Below the pieces are notes generated by a model. That model was not told the DNA's origin, did not search any database, and saw nothing but the letters and a program-made list of their open reading frames with translations. The position numbers and the translations under genes are program-made. A stretch of DNA of 64,000 nucleotides, taken from positions 4,732 through 68,731 of the forward strand of contig JAZOQU010000022.1 of the NCBI GenBank assembly GCA_045656225.1. Direction: 5' to 3'. Of this stretch, positions 40,509 to 50,319 are shown in pieces; position 1 is the stretch's first letter; every line of letters starts with the position of its first letter. The stretch comes from Kiritimatiellia bacterium (GTDB taxonomy: Bacteria > Verrucomicrobiota > Kiritimatiellia > RFP12 > UBA1067).

Positions 40509-42760
40509 AAGCTCTTGTGGCAGGTGCGCCTGATCACGTCGAGCTGCTGCTCGCGCGTAAGATCGATGAACTTAACGGCGTAGCCGCTTACACGAATCGT
40601 AAAGTTAGCGTATTCGGGCTTTTCGGGATGCTCCATCGCGTCGATAAGCTTCTCCGTACCGAAAACGTTGACGTTAAGATGGTGAGCGCCGCGCGAGAAA
40701 TAACCGTCCATGATCGATACGAGCGTCGAAACGCGCGTTTCGGGATCGTTGCCTAGCGCAGAGGGATGAATCGTCTGGGTATTGGAAATACCGTCGAGCG
40801 CGTATTCATACGGAAGCTTAGCGACGGAATTGAGCGAGGCGAGAAGCCCGTTCTGCTCGGCGCCGTACGCAGGATTCGCGCCAGGAGCGAGCGGTTCGCC
40901 CGCTTTGCGACCGTCGGGCATCGAGCCCGTCGCCTTACCGTAAACGACGTTGGAGGTAATCGTAAGAATCGAGGTCGTCGGCATCGCGTTGCGATAAGTA
41001 TGATGGCTCTTAATCTTACGCATAAACTCCGTCAAGAGCCACTCGCCGATCGCATCGGCGCGCTCATCGTCGTTGCCGTAACGCGGGAAGTCGCCCTCAG
41101 TCTCGTAACCGACCGCGAGCCCCGTCTCATCGCGCACGACGCGCACTTTAGCGTACTTGATGGCCGAAAGGGAGTCGACCGCATGCGAGAATCCGGCGAT
41201 ACCGGTCGCGAACGAGCGCTTAACGTCAGTATCGATAAGCGCCATCTGAGACGCCTCGTAATTATAGCGGTCGTGCATAAAGTGGATGATGTTAAGCGTA
41301 TGGACATAGAGCCCAGCGAGCCAATCCATCATTCGCTCGTATGCGTGCAACACTTCGTTGTAATCAAGAACGTCGCCAGTTATAGGGCGAAACTCGGGGC
41401 CGACCTGTACGCGCGTCACTTCATCGACGCCACCGTTGATGGCGTAAAGAAGACACTTCGCGAGATTGGCGCGTGCGCCGAAGAACTGCATCTCCTTACC
41501 GGTCTGGGTAGCCGACACGCAGCAGCAGATGGCGTAGTCGTCGCTCCAGACGCGGCGCATCACCTCGTCGTTCTCGTACTGAACGCTGCTCGAATCGATC
41601 GAAACCTTAGCGGCGTAATCCTTAAACGCTTTCGGGAGACGCGGCGAATAAAGGACTGTGAGATTCGGTTCGGGCGAGGGACCCATCGTTTCGAGCGTAT
41701 GGAGAATGCGGAAGTCGGTCTTCGTTACCATACTGCGCCCATCGCCGCACATACCGGCGAGGTTGATCGTCGCCCAGACGGGATCTCCGCTAAAAAGCTC
41801 ATTGTACGCCGGAATTCGCGCGAACTTAACCATGCGGAACTTCATCACGAGGTGATCGATAAGCTCCTGAGCCTGAACCTCAGTAAGAACGCCGCGCTTA
41901 ATATCGCGCTCGATATAAATATCGAGGAACGTCGAAATGCGCCCGATCGACATCGCAGCACCGTTCTGAGTCTTAATTGCGGCGAGGTAACCGAAGTACG
42001 TCCACTGAACGGCCTCGCGCGCATTCGTCGCGGGACGCGAAATATCGTAGCCGTACGAAAGAGCCATCTCCTTCATCGCCTTAAGAGCGCGAATCTGGGC
42101 GGTAACCTCTTCGCGTCCGCGAATTACGTCTTCGGGCATGGAACCCGCGCCGACCATCGGCAAATCGTGTTCCTTCGCCGCGATAAGACGGTCGATACCA
42201 TAGAGAGCCACACGGCGATAATCGCCTACGATTCGCCCGCGACCGTACGAATCGGGAAGGCCCGTAATAATCTTATTTTTACGGGCTATGCGCATCTCAG
42301 GGGTGTACGCATCAAAAACGCCCTGATTGTGAGTCTTATGATACTCGGTAAAAATGCGGTGCAATTCCGGATTAGGCGTATAGCCGTAAGTGCGAAGAGC
42401 TTCTTCGGCGAGCTTTATACCACCATAAGGCATAAACGCACGCTTAAGAGGTTTATCAGTCTGAAGACCGACAACCTTTTCGAGATCCTTGTCGAGATAG
42501 CCGGGCGCATGCGAGGTAATCGACGAGACGATGTCGGTATCCATATCGAGGACGCCGCCCTTCGCGCGCTCCTCATGCTGAAGCTCCTGAAGCTTACCCC
42601 AAAGAACATTCGTCGCCTCTGTAGCATCGGCGAGAAAATCCGGTCCGCTCTCGTAAGGGGTATAGTTAAGACGTACAAAAACGGCTACGTCGATATCTTT
42701 TTGCCATTGGCCACCGACGAAACCGTCCCATCCAGGCTCATTGATTTCTTCTAAGTTCAT
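40505..42760 (-). CDS. pflB: Formate C-acetyltransferase (pyruvate formate-lyase)
   Basis: Glycyl-radical C-terminus RVSGYAV, typical PFL length. The start was moved to [14 protein letters not shown] (42760); the track's 42856 start adds 32 non-conserved residues across the leader. Confidence 0.9.
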   Translation of the reverse strand: MNLEEINEPGWDGFVGGQWQKDIDVAVFVRLNYTPYESGPDFLADATEATNVLWGKLQELQHEERAKGGVLDMDTDIVSSITSHAPGYLDKDLEKVVGLQTDKPLKRAFMPYGGIKLAEEALRTYGYTPNPELHRIFTEYHKTHNQGVFDAYTPEMRIARKNKIITGLPDSYGRGRIVGDYRRVALYGIDRLIAAKEHDLPMVGAGSMPEDVIRGREEVTAQIRALKAMKEMALSYGYDISRPATNAREAVQWTYFGYLAAIKTQNGAAMSIGRISTFLDIYIERDIKRGVLTEVQAQELIDHLVMKFRMVKFARIPAYNELFSGDPVWATINLAGMCGDGRSMVTKTDFRILHTLETMGPSPEPNLTVLYSPRLPKAFKDYAAKVSIDSSSVQYENDEVMRRVWSDDYAICCCVSATQTGKEMQFFGARANLAKCLLYAINGGVDEVTRVQVGPEFRPITGDVLDYNEVLHAYERMMDWLAGLYVHTLNIIHFMHDRYNYEASQMALIDTDVKRSFATGIAGFSHAVDSLSAIKYAKVRVVRDETGLAVGYETEGDFPRYGNDDERADAIGEWLLTEFMRKIKSHHTYRNAMPTTSILTITSNVVYGKATGSMPDGRKAGEPLAPGANPAYGAEQNGLLASLNSVAKLPYEYALDGISNTQTIHPSALGNDPETRVSTLVSIMDGYFSRGAHHLNVNVFGTEKLIDAMEHPEKPEYANFTIRVSGYAVKFIDLTREQQLDVIRRTCHKSL

Positions 42761-43060
42761 ATCCACAACCTTATTTTGAAGAATAAAGCCCAGGCGAACG
42801 ACACACTCGAGTCCCCTCGACAGCGGTCCACGTGGTAAACTCCACTTCAGGCACACGCCCGTAATCGCCAGTCCCGCTTGAGAGATATTATATCATAAAA
42901 TCTATGATAATCCTACGTCCCGCCTCCGAGTTCTGCTCTCGGAGCTCCATCGCCGAGCCCCGTCCTTTTCGTCCTACACCGCACTCCCCGTCCTGACCTT
43001 GGCGCTCCTGCGCCAAGCCTATCCCTAACGCCCGTCCATCCTGCGCCGAGGCGAGAATGC
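42761..43060 (-). promoter_or_regulatory. pflB 5' leader and promoter region: long, structured, purine-rich on the coding strand
   Basis: A 300-bp gap. It has a TATAAT-like element (rc of gatattatatcat) and several 7-bp hairpins (CTCCGAG...CTCGGAG; TTGGCGC...GCGCCAA). Confidence 0.4.
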
Positions 43061-43061
43061 C

Positions 43062-43424
43062 TTATTGGCCGCGTTCTGCCCGATGAACAATCTCGCGCCA
43101 CAAGTTCTGAACCCATTGATCGTACTTACGAACAGGAATATTACTTTCCACTGGCAATATGGAAAAACTCTTTTCTCCATTCATGACAACATCAACCACG
43201 CAACGATTTTTTCGCTGAATAATCGTCAACCGATATGTCTTTTCGTCTGTTTTCTTGGGCAGCCATCTTCGCCTTTGCGCCGCAGAAACTATTGCTCGTT
43301 CCAACGAATATCCTTCCGCAACAAAAACTGGCACATCAACCACAGGCTCACCCACCCCAATCGCAACCGATTTGCATCCGGAAACTGCTGCGAGAAGACC
43401 TAATATTATAATAATCTTTTTCAT
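43062..43424 (-). CDS. Small lipoprotein, unknown function
   Basis: Lipobox MKKIIIILGLLAAVSGC; the gene is lower in GC than its left flank. Confidence 0.5.
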   Translation of the reverse strand: MKKIIIILGLLAAVSGCKSVAIGVGEPVVDVPVFVAEGYSLERAIVSAAQRRRWLPKKTDEKTYRLTIIQRKNRCVVDVVMNGEKSFSILPVESNIPVRKYDQWVQNLWREIVHRAERGQ

Positions 43425-43457
43425 TGTATTAAATTCCTTTCTTTATATCACAAATCG

Positions 43458-43560
43458 CCTTATAGGAAAAATAAACTATGTTATCATACCACAACACGCC
43501 TTATAAGGTCAATTAGAAGCCCATCTTTATAACTGTAGCCACTAAGAATCCAAAATCATA
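43458..43560. repeat. Direct repeat copy 1 (~100 bp) carrying two CCTTATAAGG-type palindromes
   Basis: Aligns with 44499..44600. The core ccttataaggNcaattagaaNcccatcNttataaNtgtagccactaagaatccaaaatcata is near-identical in both copies. Confidence 0.8.
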
Positions 43561-43628
43561 ATGCCCCAATATCATGTCTGCATTGGATGCAGCCCCTTAC
43601 CAGCGCTTTTATATAAATGCGGTGGTCG

Positions 43629-44108
43629 CTACAGCCTCTCAACTGCAGCGAAAACTTTTGCCGCGAGAGAGTCTGATAGCTGCCACATACCGACATTGCC
43701 GCGGCATGGGATGGGTTCGGGTAAGCGCCTTACGTTCGAGAGGTCCCACCAGAACCGATAGCCTTCATCCCATTTCTGCTTTGGCGTTGGCTTGGACTTA
43801 TAGACACCATCCTCCAACACTAGATTTAAGCCATCCCGCGCCTTGTAGTCACAAACTGCAATAATCTTACCAGGCCAATCCTTAACCTCGCGCCAAGAAG
43901 GAAGCTTCTCAAAATCCTCGTCCGAAAGCTCATGCGCAGCCATCGCCATAAACATCCCATATTGCTCCTTGCAAAACGACTTCGAACACGAAATCGCCAC
44001 CCGCCCTTCCCTCGGCTCTGGCATCATACTGCGATTCTCCGTCCGCTTGATTCCGTAAAGAATCATAATCGCATACGATCCAGTACAAGTAAAGGCGTTC
44101 ATAATCAA
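43629..44108 (-). CDS. ASCH-domain protein
   Basis: ASCH signature GxKxxExR present as GIKRTENR. About 70% amino-acid identity to the N-terminal half of the ASCH–RadC fusion at 49492..50319. Confidence 0.6.
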   Translation of the reverse strand: MIMNAFTCTGSYAIMILYGIKRTENRSMMPEPREGRVAISCSKSFCKEQYGMFMAMAAHELSDEDFEKLPSWREVKDWPGKIIAVCDYKARDGLNLVLEDGVYKSKPTPKQKWDEGYRFWWDLSNVRRLPEPIPCRGNVGMWQLSDSLAAKVFAAVERL

Positions 44109-44171
44109 GTATTCACAAAAACTGATTTAACATCTTTTAAAACACGTTCCGCTGTTCCGATTGCAAATCGA

Positions 44172-44492
44172 TCAGCAAGCTGCATAAGATCCCTTCTTAG
44201 TTTTACGCCCCGCCCTCTGCCGTTTCTTTTCAATATCTCTTCTCTTAAACAGTGATTCATCTATCTCAGGCGGTGCAATAGCCATAAGCCAATCCACCTT
44301 ACCGAGAGTACGGCAGTATGCAAGAAGCGAAAGAGTTGAAGAATTTTCCCCTAACTCAAGATTACGAATAGCCTTAAGCGACACGCCGCTCCTATCAGCA
44401 GCAGTTTGCTGTGATATATTAGCGGCAAGTCGCTGCGCCCTCAAGTTTTCACCCAGAACCTTGAGCATTTCTTCTTTTGTTCGATATATCAT
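44172..44492 (-). CDS. XRE-family helix-turn-helix transcriptional regulator
   Basis: Classic HTH_XRE: LRAQRLAANISQQTAADRSGVSLKAIRNLELGE. Immediately upstream of the ASCH gene. Confidence 0.6.
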   Translation of the reverse strand: MIYRTKEEMLKVLGENLRAQRLAANISQQTAADRSGVSLKAIRNLELGENSSTLSLLAYCRTLGKVDWLMAIAPPEIDESLFKRRDIEKKRQRAGRKTKKGSYAAC

Positions 44493-44498
44493 AAATCA

Positions 44499-44600
44499 TC
44501 TTATAAGGAAAATAAACAGCAATATTATAGCATAAGATTCCTTATAAGGCAATTAGAAACCCATCCTTATAATTGTAGCCACTAAGAATCCAAAATCATA
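44499..44600. repeat. Direct repeat copy 2 (~100 bp) carrying two CCTTATAAGG-type palindromes
   Basis: See copy 1. It lies directly upstream of the HTH gene start. Confidence 0.8.
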
Positions 44601-44848
44601 CAACTGCCCTGCGAGAGTTTTAAATTTCAACAAATCAAGCGTCGTTGTCCATAGTTTGCTTTCCTATGGCTTTAGCATAGACGACCTGGATGGATAGACG
44701 CTGAAATACTGTCTTGATTGCACATTAGAATTTTCCGCACAAGATTCTCATTTTCTCAAACGAAAGAAGATAACTCAAGATATTTGCCAGAAACACGAGA
44801 TTTTTGATTGCCTGCGCGGAGCTCGGCCCTAAGAAAGCACAAGATAAA

Positions 44849-44881
44849 AGTTGCAAAGTTGGTCAGACCTACTTTGCAACT
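44849..44881. repeat. 33-bp near-perfect palindrome AGTTGCAAAGT-tGGTCaGACCt-ACTTTGCAACT
   Basis: Inverted repeat read directly, with one mismatch pair. Homologous to the 45-bp palindrome at 45147..45191. Confidence 0.8.
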
Positions 44882-45146
44882 ATTATTACATCTAAGACTC
44901 CCATCACAACTTTGCCAATAGTGCAGCTGTACAATCTTACGATACGCTGTCCTTCGTGGAGAAGGCGAACTTGCGAATTGCGATTTTCGCTTTTTTGTGT
45001 TACACTACTCACCGTCTTAGGGAATTGGCCTTGCGACTTGTCGTATTGAGTCATCAAGCCCTGAGACATTTCTTTTGTTTCGGTTACATCGCAACAAACC
45101 TGACCATTTTCATTGTTTCACATTTAATCCGAGAATACAAATACGC

Positions 45147-45191
45147 ACCAAAAGTTGCAAAGTAGGTCTGACCTACTTTGCAACTTTTGGT
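45147..45191. repeat. 45-bp perfect palindrome (accaaaagttgcaaagtaggtc-t-gacctactttgcaacttttggt)
   Basis: 22-bp arms around a single central T, followed by TTATTT. Candidate bidirectional terminator, protein-binding site or MITE-like end. Confidence 0.8.
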
Positions 45192-45526
45192 TATTTCTTC
45201 GCTCCTCCGCATTTTGCGAAATCCGGCAAGCAAGGGATTGCGATAATCATTTACAAACAGGAAATTATCGGGATTTGCGCGACCGAAAAGCCCTCAGAGA
45301 TTGTGGATTGAGAAAGTTCGCAATCATACAATTACAATATCTTCTCAGCATTCGAAACAGAACTCTACCGCCGCATTTTGAGAAATGCGGCGGTAACTAC
45401 AGACAGCAGAATGCCGCGTAAATATGCCGCTGGACACAGTTTGCAAACTATGGATTAGCAGACGCTATTTAATAAGTCGGTGATGGTGGTGTCGAATGGC
45501 ATTGTAGCATACAATCATCTTTTAGT

Positions 45527-47533
45527 TCAATTGCCAAGCAGTCGCGAAAGCAGCGATCTTGACTTAAAGTCAATATCAAAGAAGTCTTTCGCCGCTGCCA
45601 AATCCATGATGACACTATCACGAGAACGTTTTGCACAAAGATTCTCCGGCAGCTCCTTCATCAATCGGTCAGCGTCCCAGTTTTCGCCAGCAACATATCG
45701 AAGTGTATTCATCCTCTTGTTTACTTCGAACGCATTGGGATTTGCTTGCCACGCCGTTTTAATTGTCTGTATGGCATATTTACCAGTGACCTTCTCACTG
45801 AAATAATCCTCCAAAGACAACTCCCGTATGAATGTAGGACAATTTGACAAATTTTCACTAAATATGGAACGCAAGATTACCGACGAAGCCTTAAGTATAT
45901 CTGGCGACTCTGATTCGGGGTTATCATCCTTGAGCGCCTCCATCAATTCAAGAACAGAATCAAGCATCCTACGAAGATACTCACGATAAAGCGCCGTTCC
46001 GATTTTTTGCTGAACAGATCGGACGATATTGCTTTTCATTACCTCCGTATTTGTAAGTCCAGCCTGAACGCGACAAATTACAGTTCGCCTTATAACTTCC
46101 TGTGCGACAGCCTTCACATCCTCATTTGCACTAATTACTACAGCGGGATAATTGAGAAGATGCTCAAGCGAACCGAAATCATCATTCTTAATCGTCTCAA
46201 TTGCGTGTTGATTAAACCTTGTATTAGTCAAATCGTCAACAATGATGGGCGCCCCTTGCACAGTACGTCGAAGCCCATCAATTGTCGTACGAGTAAACTC
46301 AGGCGCACTTATTTTCACCTTTTGTCCAATCATCATCTTAAGTAAGGTTTCCAGAAATGACGTCTTTCCAGCCTTAGACTGTCCATAGATGAGACCAAAC
46401 ACAGGATACGGAAGGGTTTTCTGATCATAACGCAAAGCTGTATCACGCATTACAGCCATAAAAGGCGAACAGAAGAACCAGTTCGCGAACTCGTAGTACC
46501 TATATTGCATCCCTTCGCAGTCACCATGGAATCTCTCAAAACCATTCATGTAACGAATAAAAAGTTCAACGTCAGATTTAATTTCATCTTGAGTAGGATG
46601 CAAATCAAGCGTAACACCATTAAGCAGCACACAACTCTTTTCAACATCAACGGCGAGCTGCGGATATTCACTCCTCAGTTCCTTCTCATGTTCGCTTTCC
46701 TTCACTTGCTGCCGTTTTACCTTCTGTATGACATCAGGCGTTACAAGAACTTTTCCTTTCCGCTTTTCTTCCTTTGAAATAGATATTGACGGCGCAATGC
46801 GTTTTGCCAAATTGCGAGTATCAAGAATAAAATTAACGTCCTCTTCCACATCCTTGACTGGCTCAATATAAATCGCCTTCTCAACCCTCGCAGTTTCAGC
46901 GATAGGTAATGCGTCTACATTCTCCGTGCTATCCGATATTTCAATAGCCTTTTTCGTTATAGTATCTACACTATCCTGTTTCAAATCCTCATAAGCCTCT
47001 TCAAACCGTTCGTATGCCTCCTGAGAATCAATATAACATATAATCTCTCTCTGTCGCCCGCCAAAAGCATTGAATGACATGTTTGCTGAACCGAATACAA
47101 CCCGAGCCCGTCCATCTTCCGCCTTGAGCAAATACAACTTTTCATGCGATAACCTTCTGCGCGCGACAAAAAGCCGCACATCACCACGCTCAACACGCGC
47201 AATCATCTTCTCCTTTGATGTAGAATCCGTCTTACGAATACGCTCCATTAACTTCGCCTGATAAGCCATTATCTCTTGAAGAGTATACGACATAACCTCT
47301 TCACATCCGAAAATAATTTCAGCGTCTTTGAACAAGTCAAGCAGTTGATATACAAAACCTATCCCCGATGAAAACGTAATTGCTTTGATTGAATTGAAAC
47401 CTGAAAAAAGTTCTTGCCACGTAATACTTTCTGAATAAACATAGTCCATCTTAACTACATCTATCTTGCTCATTCCACCATTTGACATCCCGTCAGATGA
47501 TGAAAATAAATCATCGCCAAAGTCTTTTGCCAT
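45527..47533 (-). CDS. Fused PLD-family nuclease and SF3-like P-loop NTPase (668 aa)
   Basis: N-terminal single HKD-type motif HEKLYLLKAEDGRARVVFGSANMS (HxK...D...GSxN). C-terminal Walker A GQSKAGKTS, Walker B IIVDDL, and a downstream VVISANE that resembles SF3-helicase motif C. Confidence 0.55.
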   Translation of the reverse strand: MAKDFGDDLFSSSDGMSNGGMSKIDVVKMDYVYSESITWQELFSGFNSIKAITFSSGIGFVYQLLDLFKDAEIIFGCEEVMSYTLQEIMAYQAKLMERIRKTDSTSKEKMIARVERGDVRLFVARRRLSHEKLYLLKAEDGRARVVFGSANMSFNAFGGRQREIICYIDSQEAYERFEEAYEDLKQDSVDTITKKAIEISDSTENVDALPIAETARVEKAIYIEPVKDVEEDVNFILDTRNLAKRIAPSISISKEEKRKGKVLVTPDVIQKVKRQQVKESEHEKELRSEYPQLAVDVEKSCVLLNGVTLDLHPTQDEIKSDVELFIRYMNGFERFHGDCEGMQYRYYEFANWFFCSPFMAVMRDTALRYDQKTLPYPVFGLIYGQSKAGKTSFLETLLKMMIGQKVKISAPEFTRTTIDGLRRTVQGAPIIVDDLTNTRFNQHAIETIKNDDFGSLEHLLNYPAVVISANEDVKAVAQEVIRRTVICRVQAGLTNTEVMKSNIVRSVQQKIGTALYREYLRRMLDSVLELMEALKDDNPESESPDILKASSVILRSIFSENLSNCPTFIRELSLEDYFSEKVTGKYAIQTIKTAWQANPNAFEVNKRMNTLRYVAGENWDADRLMKELPENLCAKRSRDSVIMDLAAAKDFFDIDFKSRSLLSRLLGN

Positions 47534-47662
47534 ACATCCTCCTTAAATTAAACTTTTGATGAAAATGTTGTAATCTCCATTTCTATTAGCTCAAACCGAG
47601 AAAGTAGGTCAGACATAACTTCTTAATTAAAAGTGTTAACATAAGCATCTTTACCTAATATC

Positions 47663-49465
47663 TCACAAAGCCTCATAATATTTCCTGATTTTTTCAGCCA
47701 TCATTTTACGACGCTTCGGCAAGAAGCACGTCTCAAAATCCTCAACACCCATCGTTATCACATCCTCTGGAACGCAATTCATTTCCATTGTCTGCTTCAC
47801 CATATCAATATCCGTCATTGATCCTATGACCGGACTCTTCGTTTCGCATTGCTTGAAAACACATCCGAAATACTCAGCGGGCGACTTTTTGCCGATTGCG
47901 ATGTTTATCGGAGTTTCTAAATAGGTGAAATTCGCCACCTGATTATACTGCGTAAACCGAAGCCCATTGTTCTTGAGGAATTCCTTCGGGAAAATATGGT
48001 GTACATCTCCATTATCAATAAGATTAGCAACCGCTGTTACCGAAAACAGGGACTGATCTCTAAAAAATACCTGTGCCGCCTTAAATACATTTAACGCAGG
48101 GCATTTAGCCGCCGACGTTTCCAGCTGTTGCACAATATTTACCGTCCAGAATGATTCCCCTAATTCTGCCGCTTCAATATCTGCAAGACACTTACGCACG
48201 CCTTTCTCTGCGATTGCGCGTAAATCTCGATCCATCTGAGATTCTGGAGACCCAGAATAACGCCCTGTCAATGTACTTAAGACGAACCACCTTCTGACAA
48301 ACGATTTAATTTCTGTAGCACCAACTTCTTTTGTCTCATTCAAGAGAAGATGCAATGTATAAGCGAAATCAAGCGACATTTGTGAGCGTAAGAGCTTAGA
48401 GGAAATAAACCCAGCCGACTCAATAGCCTCCACAAACTGCTTAAAATGATATTCCTTCACGAAGTTGTGAACACCAGACTCTAACTTGGCAAAGCTCTCC
48501 TGCATAATTTCGTCTTTAAAAGTACGATCCTTGAAATCACGTCCTGAAAGCAAACTGACAAGATCCTTCAATCTGCCGCGTCCGAACTTATGCATCATTG
48601 CCACTCGGAGCATATCACTATACTCAGGATCATAAATATCCTTGCGGTCATCCTTGAGCCATTTCATTTCGCCAGCATACGGCGTCGCCATAAACTCTAC
48701 ATCTTTCTCGACACTTGAATAGAACGCAGGATCAACCGCCAAATGACAAAAATAATCAATCGCCTTGCGCAAATCATTGCCTCCATAACGATTATCTGCC
48801 GCAATCTTCGACATTGCAAAATCAGCCTCATTAAGAATCTTACCTTGCGAATTTATGCGTACGAAAATCTCGGTAACCTCATCAATTCCAATATCCTGAC
48901 TAAGCTGAATTACGCCAATCTGACGCTGTTCAATGCGTAGCAACTCTCGAATCTTGGCATTTATCGCCTTGCGCTCCACGCCTAGGTTATCAGCAACATA
49001 CTGTTCTATAAATTCATAATCATCAAAATCCTTCTTAAAGAGAACGGAGATATCTGCAATCCAGCGCTTATCCTTTATATGAACCGGTGTCTGCACCTCA
49101 AAAGAAGGCTCTTCATCCGCCGCCCACGGATTAAATGCTATCTTGATCTGCTTAGATGAATAATCATCCCGCAAAACAGATCGCCCATCAATCGCCGTCA
49201 TAATAGCTGTGACGCGCTGCTGACCATCAATAAGAATCTTCTTCCCAAGCGACAACGATCCGTCCTTAAGCTTAACATCAGGATTTTGCCAGACAATAAT
49301 ATACCCTGCCGGATATCCACGATAAAGCGAATCTATCAAATCGCGGACCTGCGCACCGCTCCAAACAAACGGGCGCTGAATCTCCGGAATAGCAATCTCT
49401 CCATTCCTTACAAACCCAAGAATGTTCTCAATTGTCTTCTGCTCTATCGAATATTTCTCTGCCAT
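47663..49465 (-). CDS. GmrSD-family type IV restriction endonuclease (DUF262 plus DUF1524)
   Basis: N-terminal DUF262/ParB-like motif IPEIQRPFVWSGAQVRDLIDSLYRGYP. C-terminal DUF1524 His-Me finger motif DNGDVHHIFPKEF. 600 aa. Confidence 0.7.
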   Translation of the reverse strand: MAEKYSIEQKTIENILGFVRNGEIAIPEIQRPFVWSGAQVRDLIDSLYRGYPAGYIIVWQNPDVKLKDGSLSLGKKILIDGQQRVTAIMTAIDGRSVLRDDYSSKQIKIAFNPWAADEEPSFEVQTPVHIKDKRWIADISVLFKKDFDDYEFIEQYVADNLGVERKAINAKIRELLRIEQRQIGVIQLSQDIGIDEVTEIFVRINSQGKILNEADFAMSKIAADNRYGGNDLRKAIDYFCHLAVDPAFYSSVEKDVEFMATPYAGEMKWLKDDRKDIYDPEYSDMLRVAMMHKFGRGRLKDLVSLLSGRDFKDRTFKDEIMQESFAKLESGVHNFVKEYHFKQFVEAIESAGFISSKLLRSQMSLDFAYTLHLLLNETKEVGATEIKSFVRRWFVLSTLTGRYSGSPESQMDRDLRAIAEKGVRKCLADIEAAELGESFWTVNIVQQLETSAAKCPALNVFKAAQVFFRDQSLFSVTAVANLIDNGDVHHIFPKEFLKNNGLRFTQYNQVANFTYLETPINIAIGKKSPAEYFGCVFKQCETKSPVIGSMTDIDMVKQTMEMNCVPEDVITMGVEDFETCFLPKRRKMMAEKIRKYYEAL

Positions 49466-49491
49466 ATAAATTCTCCTTATTGCTTACGGTT

Positions 49492-50319
49492 TTAAAGTTT
49501 GTCCATCACTGACACATACCCTCGCCCTTCATCGCAATCAGGCGAACCAAGGATGAGGTGGTCAAGAAACTTGATACCAAGCAGTTGGGCGGCGGATTGC
49601 AATGCTTTAGTAATCTGCAAATCAGCCCTGCTCGGCGTAGGATTGCCGCTTGGATGATTGTGAGCGACGATGATTGCATCTGCCTGCGCCTTGAACGCCG
49701 CACGAAAGACTTCTCCCAAGTCCACGGTTGTTGTGCCTTGCGTGTGTCCGAGAGATACAAGCACAGGCAAACCAATCGGGCGACACTCCGCGTCAATCGG
49801 CAACACAAAGAAACCTTCCTGCTCACCCGCAATCGGAATTGCCACACGAAACAGCGGATAGGCGTCATCTGCCGTCTCAATGCGCGAGTTCAAAGCACAT
49901 TCAGCCGCAGACACTTTTGCCGCAAGATCGGACGGCATCTGCCACATGCCGACGTTGCCGCGGCAGGGAATCGGTTCGGGTAAACGCACAACGTTCAACA
50001 AATCCCACCAATACGGATAACCCTCGCCCCAAGATTCGGCTTTCTGCCTTTGCCGCGCCTTGTAGTCGCACACGCCAACAATCTTGCCCGGCCAGTTCTT
50101 CACCTCGCGCCACGCGGGCAGTTTCTCGAAATCCTCTGGCGACAGGCTCACCGACGCCCACGCGATGAACTGCCCGTACTCTTCTTTGCAAAACGACTTC
50201 GAACACGAAATCGCCGCCCGCCCCTCGCACGGCTCCGGCCACGCGCTGCGGTTCTCCGTGCGCTTGATTCCGTAAAGAATCAATATCGCGTATGCTCCAG
50301 TGCATGTAAAGGCGTTCAT
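49492..50319 (-). CDS. ASCH domain fused to a RadC-like JAB/MPN domain
   Basis: N-terminal ASCH (GIKRTENR) paralogous to 43629..44108. C-terminal JAMM-type motif VAHNHPSGNPTPSRADLQIT typical of RadC. Confidence 0.7.
   Translation of the reverse strand: MNAFTCTGAYAILILYGIKRTENRSAWPEPCEGRAAISCSKSFCKEEYGQFIAWASVSLSPEDFEKLPAWREVKNWPGKIVGVCDYKARQRQKAESWGEGYPYWWDLLNVVRLPEPIPCRGNVGMWQMPSDLAAKVSAAECALNSRIETADDAYPLFRVAIPIAGEQEGFFVLPIDAECRPIGLPVLVSLGHTQGTTTVDLGEVFRAAFKAQADAIIVAHNHPSGNPTPSRADLQITKALQSAAQLLGIKFLDHLILGSPDCDEGRGYVSVMDKL

Noticed and set aside
40766-42754. 662-aa plus-strand ORF and many other 60–300-aa ORFs antisense to pflB, uxuA, dxs, feoB and others
   Set aside because: These are shadow ORFs of GC-rich coding DNA. 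Each lies entirely inside a well-supported minus-strand gene with strong family motifs. They have no RBS or conserved motifs, and their composition is Arg/Ser/Pro-rich as expected for antisense frames.
42857-43060. Possible small RNA or tRNA in the C/T-rich hairpin-rich segment
   Set aside because: It lies within the 5' leader of pflB on the coding strand and lacks tRNA cloverleaf features. It is more simply a structured mRNA leader and promoter region.
44601-45526. Interpreting the gene-free spacer as a degraded pseudogene
   Set aside because: The small ORFs there (about 60–110 aa) overlap on different frames and show no recognisable protein motif. Without a homology search a pseudogene cannot be supported.
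45527-47533. Calling the PLD–NTPase a known system (NgoAVII/CglI-type, DISARM DrmC, Mokosh MkoB)
   Set aside because: Those systems have separate PLD and ATPase or helicase proteins with different partner genes (helicase DrmA/B, an RNA helicase, or a B3 DNA-binding domain). None of these partners is present, so only a resemblance in logic is noted.
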